Shown: in pieces, positions 10,485 to 20,630 of the stretch
Layout: each line of letters starts with the position of its first letter
Position numbering within the stretch: the stretch's first letter is position 1
Source: an uncultured delta proteobacterium
Lineage (GTDB): Bacteria > Myxococcota_A > Polyangia > Polyangiales > B10-G4
Length of the DNA stretch: 64,000 nucleotides
NCBI GenBank assembly: GCA_963727445.1
Contig: CAVSGI010000010.1
Span: forward strand, 1,024,001 to 1,088,000
Reading direction: 5' to 3'
Made by a program: the position numbers and the translations under genes
Notes under the pieces: generated by a model
What the model was told of the DNA's origin: nothing
The model's input: the letters and a program-made list of their open reading frames with translations, nothing else
Databases searched by the model: none

Positions 10485-12446
10485 ATGGGACGGGCCGATG
10501 AGGACCGCGCCGTCGATGGAGACGTGCGCACGGAGCGTGACGAGAAGCGACGAATCAACATCGTGATGGGCGTGCTGATCGCCCTGCTGGGGTTGGTGGT
10601 GGTGGGAGCCACCGCCTGTGGGGTGCTCGTGAGCGCCGGTGACGAGGCGCCGAGCGTGCAGAGCGCGAGCACCGAGGCCGAGGCCCTTCCCACGCAACCG
10701 GCCACGGCCAACTACGCCCCGGCCGACGACGAGGGGGGACGCTTCGCGCTCGCGGAGGAGAGCGAAGCGGTCGCTGAGCCGGAGGTCGGGTACAACGCCG
10801 AGCCCCGGGCCGGCGCTGGCCGCGCCGGTGGTGGTCCCCGCGGCATGCGGCGCGCGGCCACGCCCCTCATCCCGATCGACCCAGGGTCTTCGGGAGCCGG
10901 GATGGCCGCCGCCCCTCCGGCGCGCGCGCCGCGCCCCCTCCCGCAGAATGGCGTTCTCGCCAACAACTTCGTCGGCGGCAGCGGCGCGTCGGCGCGCCTC
11001 GACGATCTCCTCGAGCGCGGGGTCGAAGTGGACGGCCAGCGCGTGCAGCTCGCCGCCTTCACCGAGCGCGACGACCTCCCCTACGCCCGCCCCTCCAACG
11101 AGGCGGTGGCGCTCCACGCCGAGCTCGAGCGCCCGCGGGTGGACGCGAGCGGCGACACCGTGCACCTGCAGATCGCGCTCATGGCGCGCGAGGGTGAGCT
11201 GCCCCGCCGTCCCCACATGGACATCCGCCTGGTCATCGACCAGAGCGGCTCGATGAGCGGCGAGAAGTTCGTCCATGCGATGAACGCCGCCCACGCGCTG
11301 GTCCGCCGGCTGAGCCCCAGCGATCGCATCGGCATCATCGGTTACCACACCGACGCGAGCGTCATCCTCCCCTCCGGCGCCGTCGGCGACGGCAGCCGGG
11401 CCCACGCCGCCCTGAGCACCATGCAGGTCGGCGGCGGCACCAACATCGACGCCGGCCTGAGCCTCGCCGCCGCCGATCCGCCCCGCCGCGATTGCCCGAG
11501 CGACCTCGGCCTGGTGGTGCTGATCAGCGATGGCCGCGCCACGGACGGGAACGGGGCGCCCAGCTACCTCGGCAGCATCGCGCGGCGCATGTACGACGAC
11601 CACGGCGTGCTCACGACCAGCGTCGGCCTCGGCACCGATTTCGACGAGACCACGATGCTCACCATCGCCCGCGAGGGGAGCGGCTCCTACCACTTCGTGC
11701 GGCGCCCGGCGGACATCACGCAGATCCTCACCGATGAGCTCGAAGAGCGCGCCCAGGCCGTGGCCCAGGCGCTGCGCGTCCGCGTCGTGCTCGGCCCCGG
11801 CGTCACGGCCCGCAAGGTCTATGGCTCGCGGATCCTCTCGGCGCAGGAGCACCAGGCGGTGCGCCGCACCGAGATCGCCACCGACCAGCGCATCGCCGAA
11901 GAGCTGGGCATCGCCCAGAACCGCCAGCACGAGGAAGAGGGGCTGCGCATGCACCTGCCCACCTTCCGCCGCGGCGACCAGCACGTGATCCTGATGGAGC
12001 TCGACGTGCCCGGCGGCCGCGCCACCAGCCGCGCCGGCATCGCGCACGTCTACCTCGACTACAAGGACCTCTACCGCGAGGCCAACGGCGAAGCGGAGCA
12101 GAACGTGGTCGCGACTCGGGTCGCGGACCGCCAGGACGCGATCGCGTCGACCGAGCGCACGGTGAAGCGCACCGTCCTCGCCTTCCAGGCGGGCGAGGCG
12201 CTGCAGCTCGCCGCCGACGCCCTCGCCTCGGGCGACCGCGCGAGTGCCCACACCATCCTCACCGAGCGCGCCGACGTGCTCGAAGCCGGCGCCGAGCTCT
12301 GGCGCGACCCGCTCCTCACGCGAGACGCGCAGCTCCTCGCGCAGTACCAGCGGGTGGTCGACGGGGCGTGGGACCACTTCGGCTACGGCGACCAACGAAC
12401 GCTGGTGATGGCGATGGGCTCCTTCGCGGACCGGAGGATGCGATGA
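10485..12446 (+). CDS. Membrane-anchored von Willebrand factor A domain protein
   Basis: MIDAS motif DQSGSM, GGTNI, ISDG; N-terminal TM. Confidence 0.85.
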   Translation: MGRADEDRAVDGDVRTERDEKRRINIVMGVLIALLGLVVVGATACGVLVSAGDEAPSVQSASTEAEALPTQPATANYAPADDEGGRFALAEESEAVAEPEVGYNAEPRAGAGRAGGGPRGMRRAATPLIPIDPGSSGAGMAAAPPARAPRPLPQNGVLANNFVGGSGASARLDDLLERGVEVDGQRVQLAAFTERDDLPYARPSNEAVALHAELERPRVDASGDTVHLQIALMAREGELPRRPHMDIRLVIDQSGSMSGEKFVHAMNAAHALVRRLSPSDRIGIIGYHTDASVILPSGAVGDGSRAHAALSTMQVGGGTNIDAGLSLAAADPPRRDCPSDLGLVVLISDGRATDGNGAPSYLGSIARRMYDDHGVLTTSVGLGTDFDETTMLTIAREGSGSYHFVRRPADITQILTDELEERAQAVAQALRVRVVLGPGVTARKVYGSRILSAQEHQAVRRTEIATDQRIAEELGIAQNRQHEEEGLRMHLPTFRRGDQHVILMELDVPGGRATSRAGIAHVYLDYKDLYREANGEAEQNVVATRVADRQDAIASTERTVKRTVLAFQAGEALQLAADALASGDRASAHTILTERADVLEAGAELWRDPLLTRDAQLLAQYQRVVDGAWDHFGYGDQRTLVMAMGSFADRRMR

Positions 12447-13436
12447 GAGCGGCCGCCGCGGCCGCCGCGTTCCTCTTCGTGATGCTCCTCGTCTCGGGCG
12501 CCGCCGCGCAGGGCCGCGCGTCGATCTCCACCTGGGGGCCGGGCCTCGACGTCGACGCCCTCGCCCAGCGCTCGGGCATCGCCCTCGCCCCCACGACCCG
12601 CGTGACCTTGAGCGGGACCCTCACCTCCACCGTCGATGGCGAGCGCTACGACGCGTTCCACCGCATCACCGACGCCGGGCCCCAGCGCGTGCCGCTGGTC
12701 GTCCTGCCCCCGGATGCGCGCATCATCGAAGAGGACTACGAGGCCCACCGCTACACGGTGGAGATGAAGCGCGGTCGACTGCTCCGCCTCGATCTGCGCG
12801 TGATCGGACAGCGCAGCTTGCACACCGTGAGCGAGATCCGCAGCGGCCTCCGCGGCGCGATCGTGGCGGACGTCGTGGGCGATCCGATCGCGCTGAGCGC
12901 CGCGGCTGCTGGCGCGGGTGCAGAGCCGCCGATGTCTGGAGCCGCCCTCGCGACCTACGGCGCCCTCGCAGCGACGCCGCCGATGCTCCTCCTCGCGTTC
13001 TTTGGCGCGTTCCGCCGCCGGCGACGCCCGGAGCGGGCGTTGATGCGCCGCATCCGGGTGGCCGTCGCCGCCGTTCACCGAGAAGCGAAGAGGCTCGGCC
13101 CCGCCTTCGCGCCGGTGCAGAGCGCCGCCGACGCCTCGCGCGCCGAGGCCGAGCGCCTCTTCCGTGCGCATCAGGGCGCGCGGGGAGCGAAGAGGCGCCT
13201 GCGCGCGATCGGCGGAAGCGGCAACGCACGCTTCGTCGATTCTCGACGGCGCCGAGCGGCAGGCCCTGCAGGAGCTCACCGTCCTCTGCGACCGCCTCGA
13301 GGACACCGCCGTCTCCCTCGCGAGCCACGACGCGCGCCACGCCAATGCCGGTGACGTCGAGTCCGCTCTCGGTTCGCTCGGCGAGGAGCTCGCCACGGCA
13401 CTCAGCGCCGACGAAGAGGCCCGCGCCGTCGCGTGA
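12443..13436 (+). CDS. Hypothetical membrane protein with C-terminal coiled coil (frame break near 13241)
   Basis: ATGA overlap with the VWA gene; signal peptide and TM; continues as LDGAERQALQEL in the next frame. Confidence 0.6.
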
Positions 13437-13448
13437 GGCCCGGGTCGA

Positions 13449-14369
13449 TCACTCGACCAGGACGGTGAGCTCGTAGGGCATGCAGGCGTTCATCCACGTC
13501 GAGCTGCGGACCTCGATGAAGAGGTTGCCGCTCTCGTCGCCGCCGCCGCAGAAGGTCTGGAGCTGCACCCGCTCCGGATCCTGCGCGGGGTTGTCGGAGA
13601 CGCAGCCCCGACCGAGCGGCCCGTCCATCTCCGACCCCGGAGGCGGCTCGTCGCAGCGCGTCGTGTTCGGCGTGCTGTCACAGCGAAAGAACGCGCCGAG
13701 CGAGAAATCGCTCGCGGGCGGGATGTTGCGGAGCTCGACCCGCAGGGTCGGCGCGGCGGTGCCGGTGTCGCGGACCCGCACCCGGTAGATGTCGACGTCG
13801 GAGTCGGTGTTCAGGGTGAATGCGGAGAAGGTCGCCATGGTGTCCGGCGTGTCCGGCCAATCCATCATCGTGTCGCTCGGAACGAGCAGGTACGCCTGCA
13901 GCTCCTCGTCGTTCGGCTCCGCGTCGTCGACCGTGCAGACGCACTGGTGCATGTCGTCACACATCCGCCCCATCCCGCACATGCCGCAGTCGATGGTGCC
14001 GCCGCATCCGTCCGACACGCCGCTGCCGCACATGGCGCCCGCTTCGGAGCAGCTCTGGGGCGCGCACCGGCAGGTGTCCCCCTCCTTGCGATAGGGCGGC
14101 GTGCACTGGACGTCGCAGAGCCCGCTCGAGGTGCAGGTCGCCATGCCGCCTTCGGTCGGCGCCGGGCACGGGTCGCCGCAACCGCGCCGGCAACCCATCG
14201 ACGGGTCGTTGATCTGGTCGGGGACGCACGAGCCGCTGCAGTCGTGCATGCCGCTCATGCAGGTGATGCCGCCGTCGGTGCGGCCACTGTCGGAGCCGCT
14301 GGTGTCGTCGCCGCAACCCGTCGCGAAGAAGGCCAGGCCGGCAGCGAGGAGGAACAAGAAAGAGCGCAT
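13449..14369 (-). CDS. Cys-rich lipoprotein with C-terminal PPC-like domain
   Basis: Lipobox ATGC; DGCGGTIDCG repeat; EPND...DVDIY. Confidence 0.75.
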   Translation of the reverse strand: MRSFLFLLAAGLAFFATGCGDDTSGSDSGRTDGGITCMSGMHDCSGSCVPDQINDPSMGCRRGCGDPCPAPTEGGMATCTSSGLCDVQCTPPYRKEGDTCRCAPQSCSEAGAMCGSGVSDGCGGTIDCGMCGMGRMCDDMHQCVCTVDDAEPNDEELQAYLLVPSDTMMDWPDTPDTMATFSAFTLNTDSDVDIYRVRVRDTGTAAPTLRVELRNIPPASDFSLGAFFRCDSTPNTTRCDEPPPGSEMDGPLGRGCVSDNPAQDPERVQLQTFCGGGDESGNLFIEVRSSTWMNACMPYELTVLVE

Positions 14370-14384
14370 CCTGCGATTATAGGG

Positions 14385-14822
14385 TCAAACCGCTTCGCAA
14401 GTCAGGACACCGGACATGTCCCGGCAGCGCAGCGCCGGAGGAAAGTCGCTTCCGTCGATGAACGCGAGCGTCACGTCGGTCGCGTTGTTGCGCTGCACGT
14501 CGATGACAAGCCCCAGCGTCCGGTACTGATACATGAACGAGCCGGGTGCGCTCTCGGGGAGATCGGTGGGGTGGACCGCGACCGGCTCACCGAGGATCTC
14601 CGGAGCACCGGAGCGCCAGACGACGTACGTCTCCTCCCCGGTGCCCGCGCAGTCGCCCGCGAGATCGAGGCGCAGGATCACCAGCGGCTCCCTGTCAGCG
14701 GTGTAGACCGGATTGACGTTCAAGAGGTCGCCCTCGAGGGCCGGGCAAGCGTCCGCCCCGGAGCCCCCGTCCGAACAGCCGACGACTGCGAGCGCGAGCG
14801 CCACCATCCACCGCCTAGACAT
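14385..14822 (-). CDS. Small lipoprotein, hypothetical
   Basis: MSRRWMVALALAVVGC lipobox. Confidence 0.65.
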   Translation of the reverse strand: MSRRWMVALALAVVGCSDGGSGADACPALEGDLLNVNPVYTADREPLVILRLDLAGDCAGTGEETYVVWRSGAPEILGEPVAVHPTDLPESAPGSFMYQYRTLGLVIDVQRNNATDVTLAFIDGSDFPPALRCRDMSGVLTCEAV

Positions 14823-14866
14823 GTGTCCATGGTAGCAGGTGACGCCTGGGCGGGCTGGATCGCGGT

Positions 14867-16258
14867 TCAGGCAAAGAGCAGAAAGAGCCGGAAGAGCAGC
14901 CCCGCGAGGATCATCGCCGCCGGCAACGTCAGCACCCACGCCAGCGCGATCTTCTTCACCGTCCCGCCCTGAAGCCCCGAACCCTGGGCCACCATCGTCC
15001 CCGCGATGCCCGACGAGAGCACGTGGGTCGTGCTCACCGGCAGTCCGAAGAAGCTGCTCAAGCCGATCGACGCGGCGGCGACGACCTCGGCGGAAGCGCC
15101 CTGGCCATAGGACAGATGCGTCTTGCCGATCTTTTCGCCGACTGTCACCACGATGCGCTTCCACCCGATGGTGGTGCCGACGCCGAGCGCGAGCGCCACG
15201 GCGATCAACACCCAGAGCGGCGCGTACTCGGTGAGACCGCGCACCACCTCGCGGTCCGATGCCAGCTGCGCACGGCCGGCCTCGTCGAGATGGAGCGCGC
15301 CGGACGCGAGCAGAGCGTCGATGTCATCCTCCGCGACCAGGATGTCGGCGCGCATGGGAAAGCGGGCCTCGGCGGGGATCGCAGCCACGCTCTCGTGCGC
15401 GGCGAGGCGCTCACGCAGATCCACGAGGTGGGCGCGGGCGCCTTCGACGTCGGCGCCCTCTGTCACGTGCGCGTCCAACAGCGTCTCCATCCGCTCGATG
15501 GCGCTCGCCGCGCGCTGGAGCTCGGCCCGACCGAGGGTGTCGTCGAGGGCGTAGCTCCCAGGCAACAGACCGATGAGGATCAACATGATGAGGCCCACGC
15601 CCTTCTGCCCGTCGTTGCTCCCGTGGGCGAAGCTGACGCTGGCGCAGGTGGCGACGAGGATCGCGCGCGTGCTCCCCGGCGGAGGCTCGCCCTGCTTCGC
15701 GGGCGCCGTCATCTTTCCGTCGCGGTCGAAGCGCTTGCCGAACGCGTAGAGCAGGTAGGAGAGGCCGAAGCCGACCAGCGGGCTGAGCAGGAGCGAGAGG
15801 CCGACCTCGACCGACTTGTCCCAATCGACGCCGTCGCCGAAGACGTGGCCCGGCAGCGTCGAATGCGCGAGGCCGCACCCCAGGATGGCCCCGATCAAAG
15901 TGTGTGAGCTGGACGCCGGCAGGCCGAGGTACCAGGTGCCGAGGTTCCAGAGCATGGCGGCGACGAGGAGCGCGAGCACCATCGCCAGTCCGGCCCCGGC
16001 TCCGCTCTCCACCAGGAGCTCGACGGGGAGCAGGTGGACGATGGCCATCGCCACCGCGATCCCGCCCGCGAAGACGCCGAGAAAATTGCAGAAGCCGGAG
16101 AGGATCACCGCGACCAGCGGTTTCAGGGTGTTCGTGTAGATGACGGTCGCCACCGCGTTGGCGGTGTCGTGGAAGCCGTTGACGAACTCGAAGCCGAGGG
16201 CGACCACGACGCTGGCGATCAAGAGGATCGCGCTCCCGGTCCCGAGGCTCCCGGCCAT
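14867..16258 (-). CDS. pitA: Inorganic phosphate transporter (PiT family)
   Basis: NGFHDTANAVAT, HGSNDGQKGVG, PVSTTHVLSSG, AWVLTLP. Confidence 0.93.
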   Translation of the reverse strand: MAGSLGTGSAILLIASVVVALGFEFVNGFHDTANAVATVIYTNTLKPLVAVILSGFCNFLGVFAGGIAVAMAIVHLLPVELLVESGAGAGLAMVLALLVAAMLWNLGTWYLGLPASSSHTLIGAILGCGLAHSTLPGHVFGDGVDWDKSVEVGLSLLLSPLVGFGLSYLLYAFGKRFDRDGKMTAPAKQGEPPPGSTRAILVATCASVSFAHGSNDGQKGVGLIMLILIGLLPGSYALDDTLGRAELQRAASAIERMETLLDAHVTEGADVEGARAHLVDLRERLAAHESVAAIPAEARFPMRADILVAEDDIDALLASGALHLDEAGRAQLASDREVVRGLTEYAPLWVLIAVALALGVGTTIGWKRIVVTVGEKIGKTHLSYGQGASAEVVAAASIGLSSFFGLPVSTTHVLSSGIAGTMVAQGSGLQGGTVKKIALAWVLTLPAAMILAGLLFRLFLLFA

Positions 16259-16321
16259 GAGGTGCTCCACTCGCCGCGAGGGTATCGCGGGTCTCCGGTT
16301 TTTCGTACTCTCGCGCCTTCT

Positions 16322-17587
16322 GTGTCACGCGGTCCCTTTCAGTTCGATCAACCCGCAGAGCCCCCTCTCCAGATCGTGAAGGTCATCCCGACGGGAGAGC
16401 ATCGCCTCCCCGGAGACCTGGCGGAGCGGGTCGCCATCTACACCCCCCACGACGGGGGTGCGATCCCCGACCGCTACTACTACGGGCCGAACGGCGAGCC
16501 TCGGATCGATCCGGAGCGTCTCGTGTCGCGCTACGTGGCCGCGCGCGATTGGGGCGCCAACGCGGTCGCGCATCAGATCGCCGCGTCCCTGGGCCTCCCC
16601 CGCTACGCCCGCTGCCGCATCGCGCGGGTTCTCCTGGACTTCAACCGCTTTCCCGGGAGCACGCCGCCGGGCGAAAGCGACCCCCTCGAGGCCCTGGCCA
16701 TCGGTCCGCTCTACGCCAACGCCCTCAACCACGACGACAAGACCGATCTCCTCGAGACCTGCTACGACGCCATCAGCGAGGAGATGGAGAAGATCCTCGC
16801 CGAGAGCCTCATCGGCATCTCCATCCACACCTACGACGAAGAGCACGCGAGCACGACCAAGCGCGCGGACCTCAGCCTGATCAGCCTTCCGCTCAGCTAC
16901 CAGCGCGAGTCGCGGCTCACCTACGGCATCTTCGATCCGATGTATCCCGACCACCTCGCGGAGTCGACGTGCAGCCGCATCCTCCGCGACCGCGTCAGCC
17001 TGAACCTCGAGCGCACTGGCTTTCGCGTCACCCACAACCACCCCTACCCGGTCCCCGACGGCGGCATCGAGATGCGCGCGCAGGTGTGGCACTTCTTCCG
17101 TTTCTTGAGGAAGCGCTTCGAAGCCGCGAACCCGGACACCGTCGGCCAGCCCTCCTACGAAGCGGTGTGGACGATGCTCCTCGACACCAACCTTCGCCTG
17201 GCGGCAGCCGAGTCGCTTCGCAGCTTCCTCCACCGCTTCCGGCGGATCGCGCCCGAGCGGCGCGCTCATTTCGCCGAGGCGCTCGAGGCCTATCGGCACA
17301 TCAAGCGCTTCCTCGCCGAAACCGGCGCGGAGACCGACTACCGCCGCCATCCACAGCGCCCGAGCTCCCTGGGCATCGAGATCCGAAAGGATCTCGTCTG
17401 CTCCTTCGACCCGAAGACGGGTTACCCCAAGCGTCCCAACGACGAGCAGAAGCAGACGGTGAGGGAGATCGCCCAGGCCATCGCCCAGGCCATCGCGACC
17501 TACATCGACACCGACCGCCCCGCGTACGAGCAGACCGCGCGGGACAAGCCGCCGACGATGGTGCCGCCAGCGGAGGAGCTCGGGTAG
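16322..17587 (+). CDS. N-formylglutamate amidohydrolase-like protein (start approximate)
   Basis: PHDG...RDWGA...RVLLDFNR...SIHTY...NHPY, then GIEIRKDL. Confidence 0.65.
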   Translation: MSRGPFQFDQPAEPPLQIVKVIPTGEHRLPGDLAERVAIYTPHDGGAIPDRYYYGPNGEPRIDPERLVSRYVAARDWGANAVAHQIAASLGLPRYARCRIARVLLDFNRFPGSTPPGESDPLEALAIGPLYANALNHDDKTDLLETCYDAISEEMEKILAESLIGISIHTYDEEHASTTKRADLSLISLPLSYQRESRLTYGIFDPMYPDHLAESTCSRILRDRVSLNLERTGFRVTHNHPYPVPDGGIEMRAQVWHFFRFLRKRFEAANPDTVGQPSYEAVWTMLLDTNLRLAAAESLRSFLHRFRRIAPERRAHFAEALEAYRHIKRFLAETGAETDYRRHPQRPSSLGIEIRKDLVCSFDPKTGYPKRPNDEQKQTVREIAQAIAQAIATYIDTDRPAYEQTARDKPPTMVPPAEELG

Positions 17588-17599
17588 ACTCCCGACGAC

Positions 17600-18061
17600 A
17601 TGTCATTGGCCAAGCACATCTTCGTCGCCACCGACTTCTCGGAGGGCTCCGATGCCGCCGTCGACGCGGCCGCCGAGCTCGCGCGCGCCTCGGGAGCGCA
17701 GGTCACGCTCTTCCACGCGTTCGATCCCGATCCGCTGATCCCGCCGGGGGCGATCCCCAACCCCGCACAGTTCCGCGAGAAGATCGTGAACGAGATGCAC
17801 TCGGCGGTGAAGAAGTCACTCGAGGAGACCGCCGCCGAGAGGCTCGCCGGAATCGACGGCGTCGAGTGTGTGGTCGCCGAAGACAGCTCCGCGGCCCGCG
17901 CGATCTGCGACGCCGCGAAGAAGGCGGGCGCCGACCTGATCGTCGTCTCGACGCAGGGCCGGACCGGTCTCGCCCACTTGTTGATCGGCAGCGTCGCCGA
18001 GCGTGTCGTACGTCACGCACACACCACCGTGCTCACCGTACGTGGGCCGGCGAAGAAGTAG
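17600..18061 (+). CDS. Universal stress protein
   Basis: HIFVATDFS...ADLIVVSTQGRTG...GSVAERVVRHA. Confidence 0.93.
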   Translation: MSLAKHIFVATDFSEGSDAAVDAAAELARASGAQVTLFHAFDPDPLIPPGAIPNPAQFREKIVNEMHSAVKKSLEETAAERLAGIDGVECVVAEDSSAARAICDAAKKAGADLIVVSTQGRTGLAHLLIGSVAERVVRHAHTTVLTVRGPAKK

Positions 18062-18070
18062 GAGAACACC

Positions 18071-19474
18071 CTGAAAATCGAATTCATCGGTGCCGCGCAG
18101 ACCGTCACCGGGTCCATGCACCTGGTGCACACGCCGCACGCGAAGGTCCTGCTCGACTGTGGGCTCTACCAGGGTCGCCGCGACGAGAGCATCGAGCGCA
18201 ACAAGAACCTGCCGGTTCCGGTCCGCGACCTCGACGCTGTCTGCCTGAGCCACGCGCACATCGATCACTCGGGCGCGTTGCCGCTGCTCTACAAGAAGGG
18301 CTACCGCGGCCCGATCTACACGACAGCCGCCACGCGAGACCTGTGCACCGCGATGCTTCAGGACGCGGCGATGATCCAGGAGGCCGACGCCCGCCACATC
18401 GCCAAGATGATCAAGCGCGATCACGCCAAGGTCCGGCCGGTGGAGCCGCTCTACAACAGCTACGACGCCATCGGCGTCACCAAGCTCTTCCGGACCATCA
18501 ACTACCGCCACAGAGAGCCCGTCGCCGACGGGGTGTGGGTGACCTTCCTCGACGCGGGGCACGTGCTCGGCAGCTCGATCGTCTGCCTCGACGTGGACGA
18601 CGTGGGCGAGATGAAGCGCATCGTCTTCACCGGCGACCTGGGTCGCCGTCACATGCCGATCCTCAAGGATCCGGAGATCCCGGAAAACGCGAACTTCCTG
18701 ATCACCGAGAGCACCTACGGCGATCGCGAGCACGAGCCGATCGAGCGGATGGAAGACGATCTCCTCGACGTGGTGAAGCGCACCATCGAGCGGCGGGGCA
18801 AGGTGATCATCCCCTCCTTCGCCCTGGAGCGCGCCCAGGAGGTCGTCTACTCGCTGAAGCGCCTCAAGGATCAGGGTCGGCTCCCGAAGGTGCCGGTCTA
18901 CGTCGACTCGCCGCTCACGGTGAAGCTCACCGAGGTCTTTCGCGATCACCCGGAGTGCTACGACAAGGAAGCGCGTCTGATGATCGAGGGCGAGAACTCG
19001 CCCTTCGACTTCGACGGCCTCACCTATGTGGAGTCGGTCGAGGACAGCAAGGCGATCGACCACTCACCCGACCCCTGCATCATCATCTCCGCGAGCGGCA
19101 TGTGCGAGTTCGGTCGCGTGGTCCATCACCTGAAGGCGTTCCTCGGGCAGAAGGAGAACACTGTCGTCATCGTGGGATGGCAGGCGCCCCACACCCTCGG
19201 TCGTCGCCTGGTCGAAGGGCGCACCCGGGTGCGCGTCTTCGGTGTCGAGCAGGAGAGGCGCGCCGAGGTGCGCGTGCTCAACGGCTTCAGCGCCCACGCC
19301 GACCAGAGCGATCTGCTCGACTTCGCCGAGGCGGTGCGCGAGCGGGGGCCTCTGCGTCAGGTCGCCCTGGTCCACGGTGAGCCCAAGGCGCAGCACGTGC
19401 TCGAGCAGGCCCTCGAGGAGAGACACTTCCCACAGGTGATCATCCCCGAGGCCGGAGACACGGCCGAGCTCTGA
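18071..19474 (+). CDS. MBL-fold beta-CASP ribonuclease (YSH1-like), probable CTG start
   Basis: (M)KIEFIGAAQTVTGSMH, SHAHIDHSG, AGHVLGS, ESTYG, FSAHADQ, VHGE; AGGAG RBS before CTG18071. Confidence 0.9.
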   Translation: MKIEFIGAAQTVTGSMHLVHTPHAKVLLDCGLYQGRRDESIERNKNLPVPVRDLDAVCLSHAHIDHSGALPLLYKKGYRGPIYTTAATRDLCTAMLQDAAMIQEADARHIAKMIKRDHAKVRPVEPLYNSYDAIGVTKLFRTINYRHREPVADGVWVTFLDAGHVLGSSIVCLDVDDVGEMKRIVFTGDLGRRHMPILKDPEIPENANFLITESTYGDREHEPIERMEDDLLDVVKRTIERRGKVIIPSFALERAQEVVYSLKRLKDQGRLPKVPVYVDSPLTVKLTEVFRDHPECYDKEARLMIEGENSPFDFDGLTYVESVEDSKAIDHSPDPCIIISASGMCEFGRVVHHLKAFLGQKENTVVIVGWQAPHTLGRRLVEGRTRVRVFGVEQERRAEVRVLNGFSAHADQSDLLDFAEAVRERGPLRQVALVHGEPKAQHVLEQALEERHFPQVIIPEAGDTAEL

Positions 19475-19529
19475 CCCTCCGGCGGAGGCTGGTGGCCATC
19501 CGGCTCGGCCTCTGGGATAAAGCACGGTC

Positions 19530-20618
19530 ATGTCCGACCGGGTCCCTCCTCCGCCGCCGAAGCCCGATCAGCTTCGCCGCATGCCGCCCCCGCCGCCGCC
19601 TCCCGCCGTGCGTCCGTCGGCACCCAAAGCGCCACCGCCGCCCATCCCCGCGACCGGACGGCCTTCGACGCAGCAGAAGGTGGCGCTGACGGTGAGCGCT
19701 CTCGAGCTCAGGGACGAGCAGGTCGAGGCGAAGATCCAGTTCTACAACGCCGACCAGCGCACCAACGCCGAGCTCGACGCGATCACCGATCAGATCGTGG
19801 CGGAGCTCCAAGCGCTCAAGAAGAAGGACGGCCCCAGCAACGAGGCGGCGCCGGACGTCGAAGTCGAGCTCATCCACAGCCTGCGGGTCTTGCTCGAGAA
19901 GCTCTTCTCGCCGCAGCGGACGGGCTTTCTCAACCGCAAGGTGCAGGACGTTCAGCGGCGGATCACCCAGCTCTTCTTCAGCTCGGAGCTCTACGCTCAA
20001 ATCTCGCGCCGCTCACAGGTCGTGCAGGAGGCGACCTGGCCCGAGCAGGCGCTGTACTTCGCGCTCAAGCGACACGAGCGGGAGATCCTCGCCGAGCTGG
20101 GGTCGATGTCCGTCGCCGACGAGGTGGTGCGCGCGGGGGCGACCGACCGGCTGAACGCCTTCACCAAGCGTCTCTGCACGGACTTCTTGTCGAAGGCCAC
20201 CCCCGAGCTCGAGAGCCTGCTCAGGATCTACAGCGAGGAGCTGACCCGCTTCTTCTACCGAGACTTTCCGGAGGGCCTCGGCGAGTTCTGTTGGGAGGTG
20301 ATCCGCGAGTCGCGCGTCGCGCGCGGCCACCGCCTCGGCTACAAGATCACCGCGGACAAGTTCGACGCTTTCCGCACTACCTTCGACAAGAAGCTCCTCG
20401 AGCGACTCGTCTTCCACGTTCAGGAGCCCATCGCCAAGCGCGCGGCCGAGGGCGAAGAGGACTTCCGCGACGCGACCTTGCGCTTCGTGTCCAACCCGGA
20501 GATCCACGTGCAGATCTGCGCCGCGATCAACGACGCGGTCTACGACTACCTTCACGGCGAGGGTTACCTGGACCTGCCGGAAGGCTGGCAGCGAGCGCTG
20601 TCGCGCGGCCGGCGCTGA
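19530..20618 (+). CDS. Hypothetical protein with Pro-rich N-terminus
   Basis: Long ORF with strong coding codon bias; no family recognised. Confidence 0.75.
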   Translation: MSDRVPPPPPKPDQLRRMPPPPPPPAVRPSAPKAPPPPIPATGRPSTQQKVALTVSALELRDEQVEAKIQFYNADQRTNAELDAITDQIVAELQALKKKDGPSNEAAPDVEVELIHSLRVLLEKLFSPQRTGFLNRKVQDVQRRITQLFFSSELYAQISRRSQVVQEATWPEQALYFALKRHEREILAELGSMSVADEVVRAGATDRLNAFTKRLCTDFLSKATPELESLLRIYSEELTRFFYRDFPEGLGEFCWEVIRESRVARGHRLGYKITADKFDAFRTTFDKKLLERLVFHVQEPIAKRAAEGEEDFRDATLRFVSNPEIHVQICAAINDAVYDYLHGEGYLDLPEGWQRALSRGRR

Positions 20619-20630
20619 AACGGGGCGCGT

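Noticed and set aside
16549..19380. 943-aa ORF and similar Arg/Pro-rich long ORFs (e.g. 60611-63061, 44604-46772)
   Set aside because: Off-frame or antisense shadows of well-supported genes in GC-rich DNA
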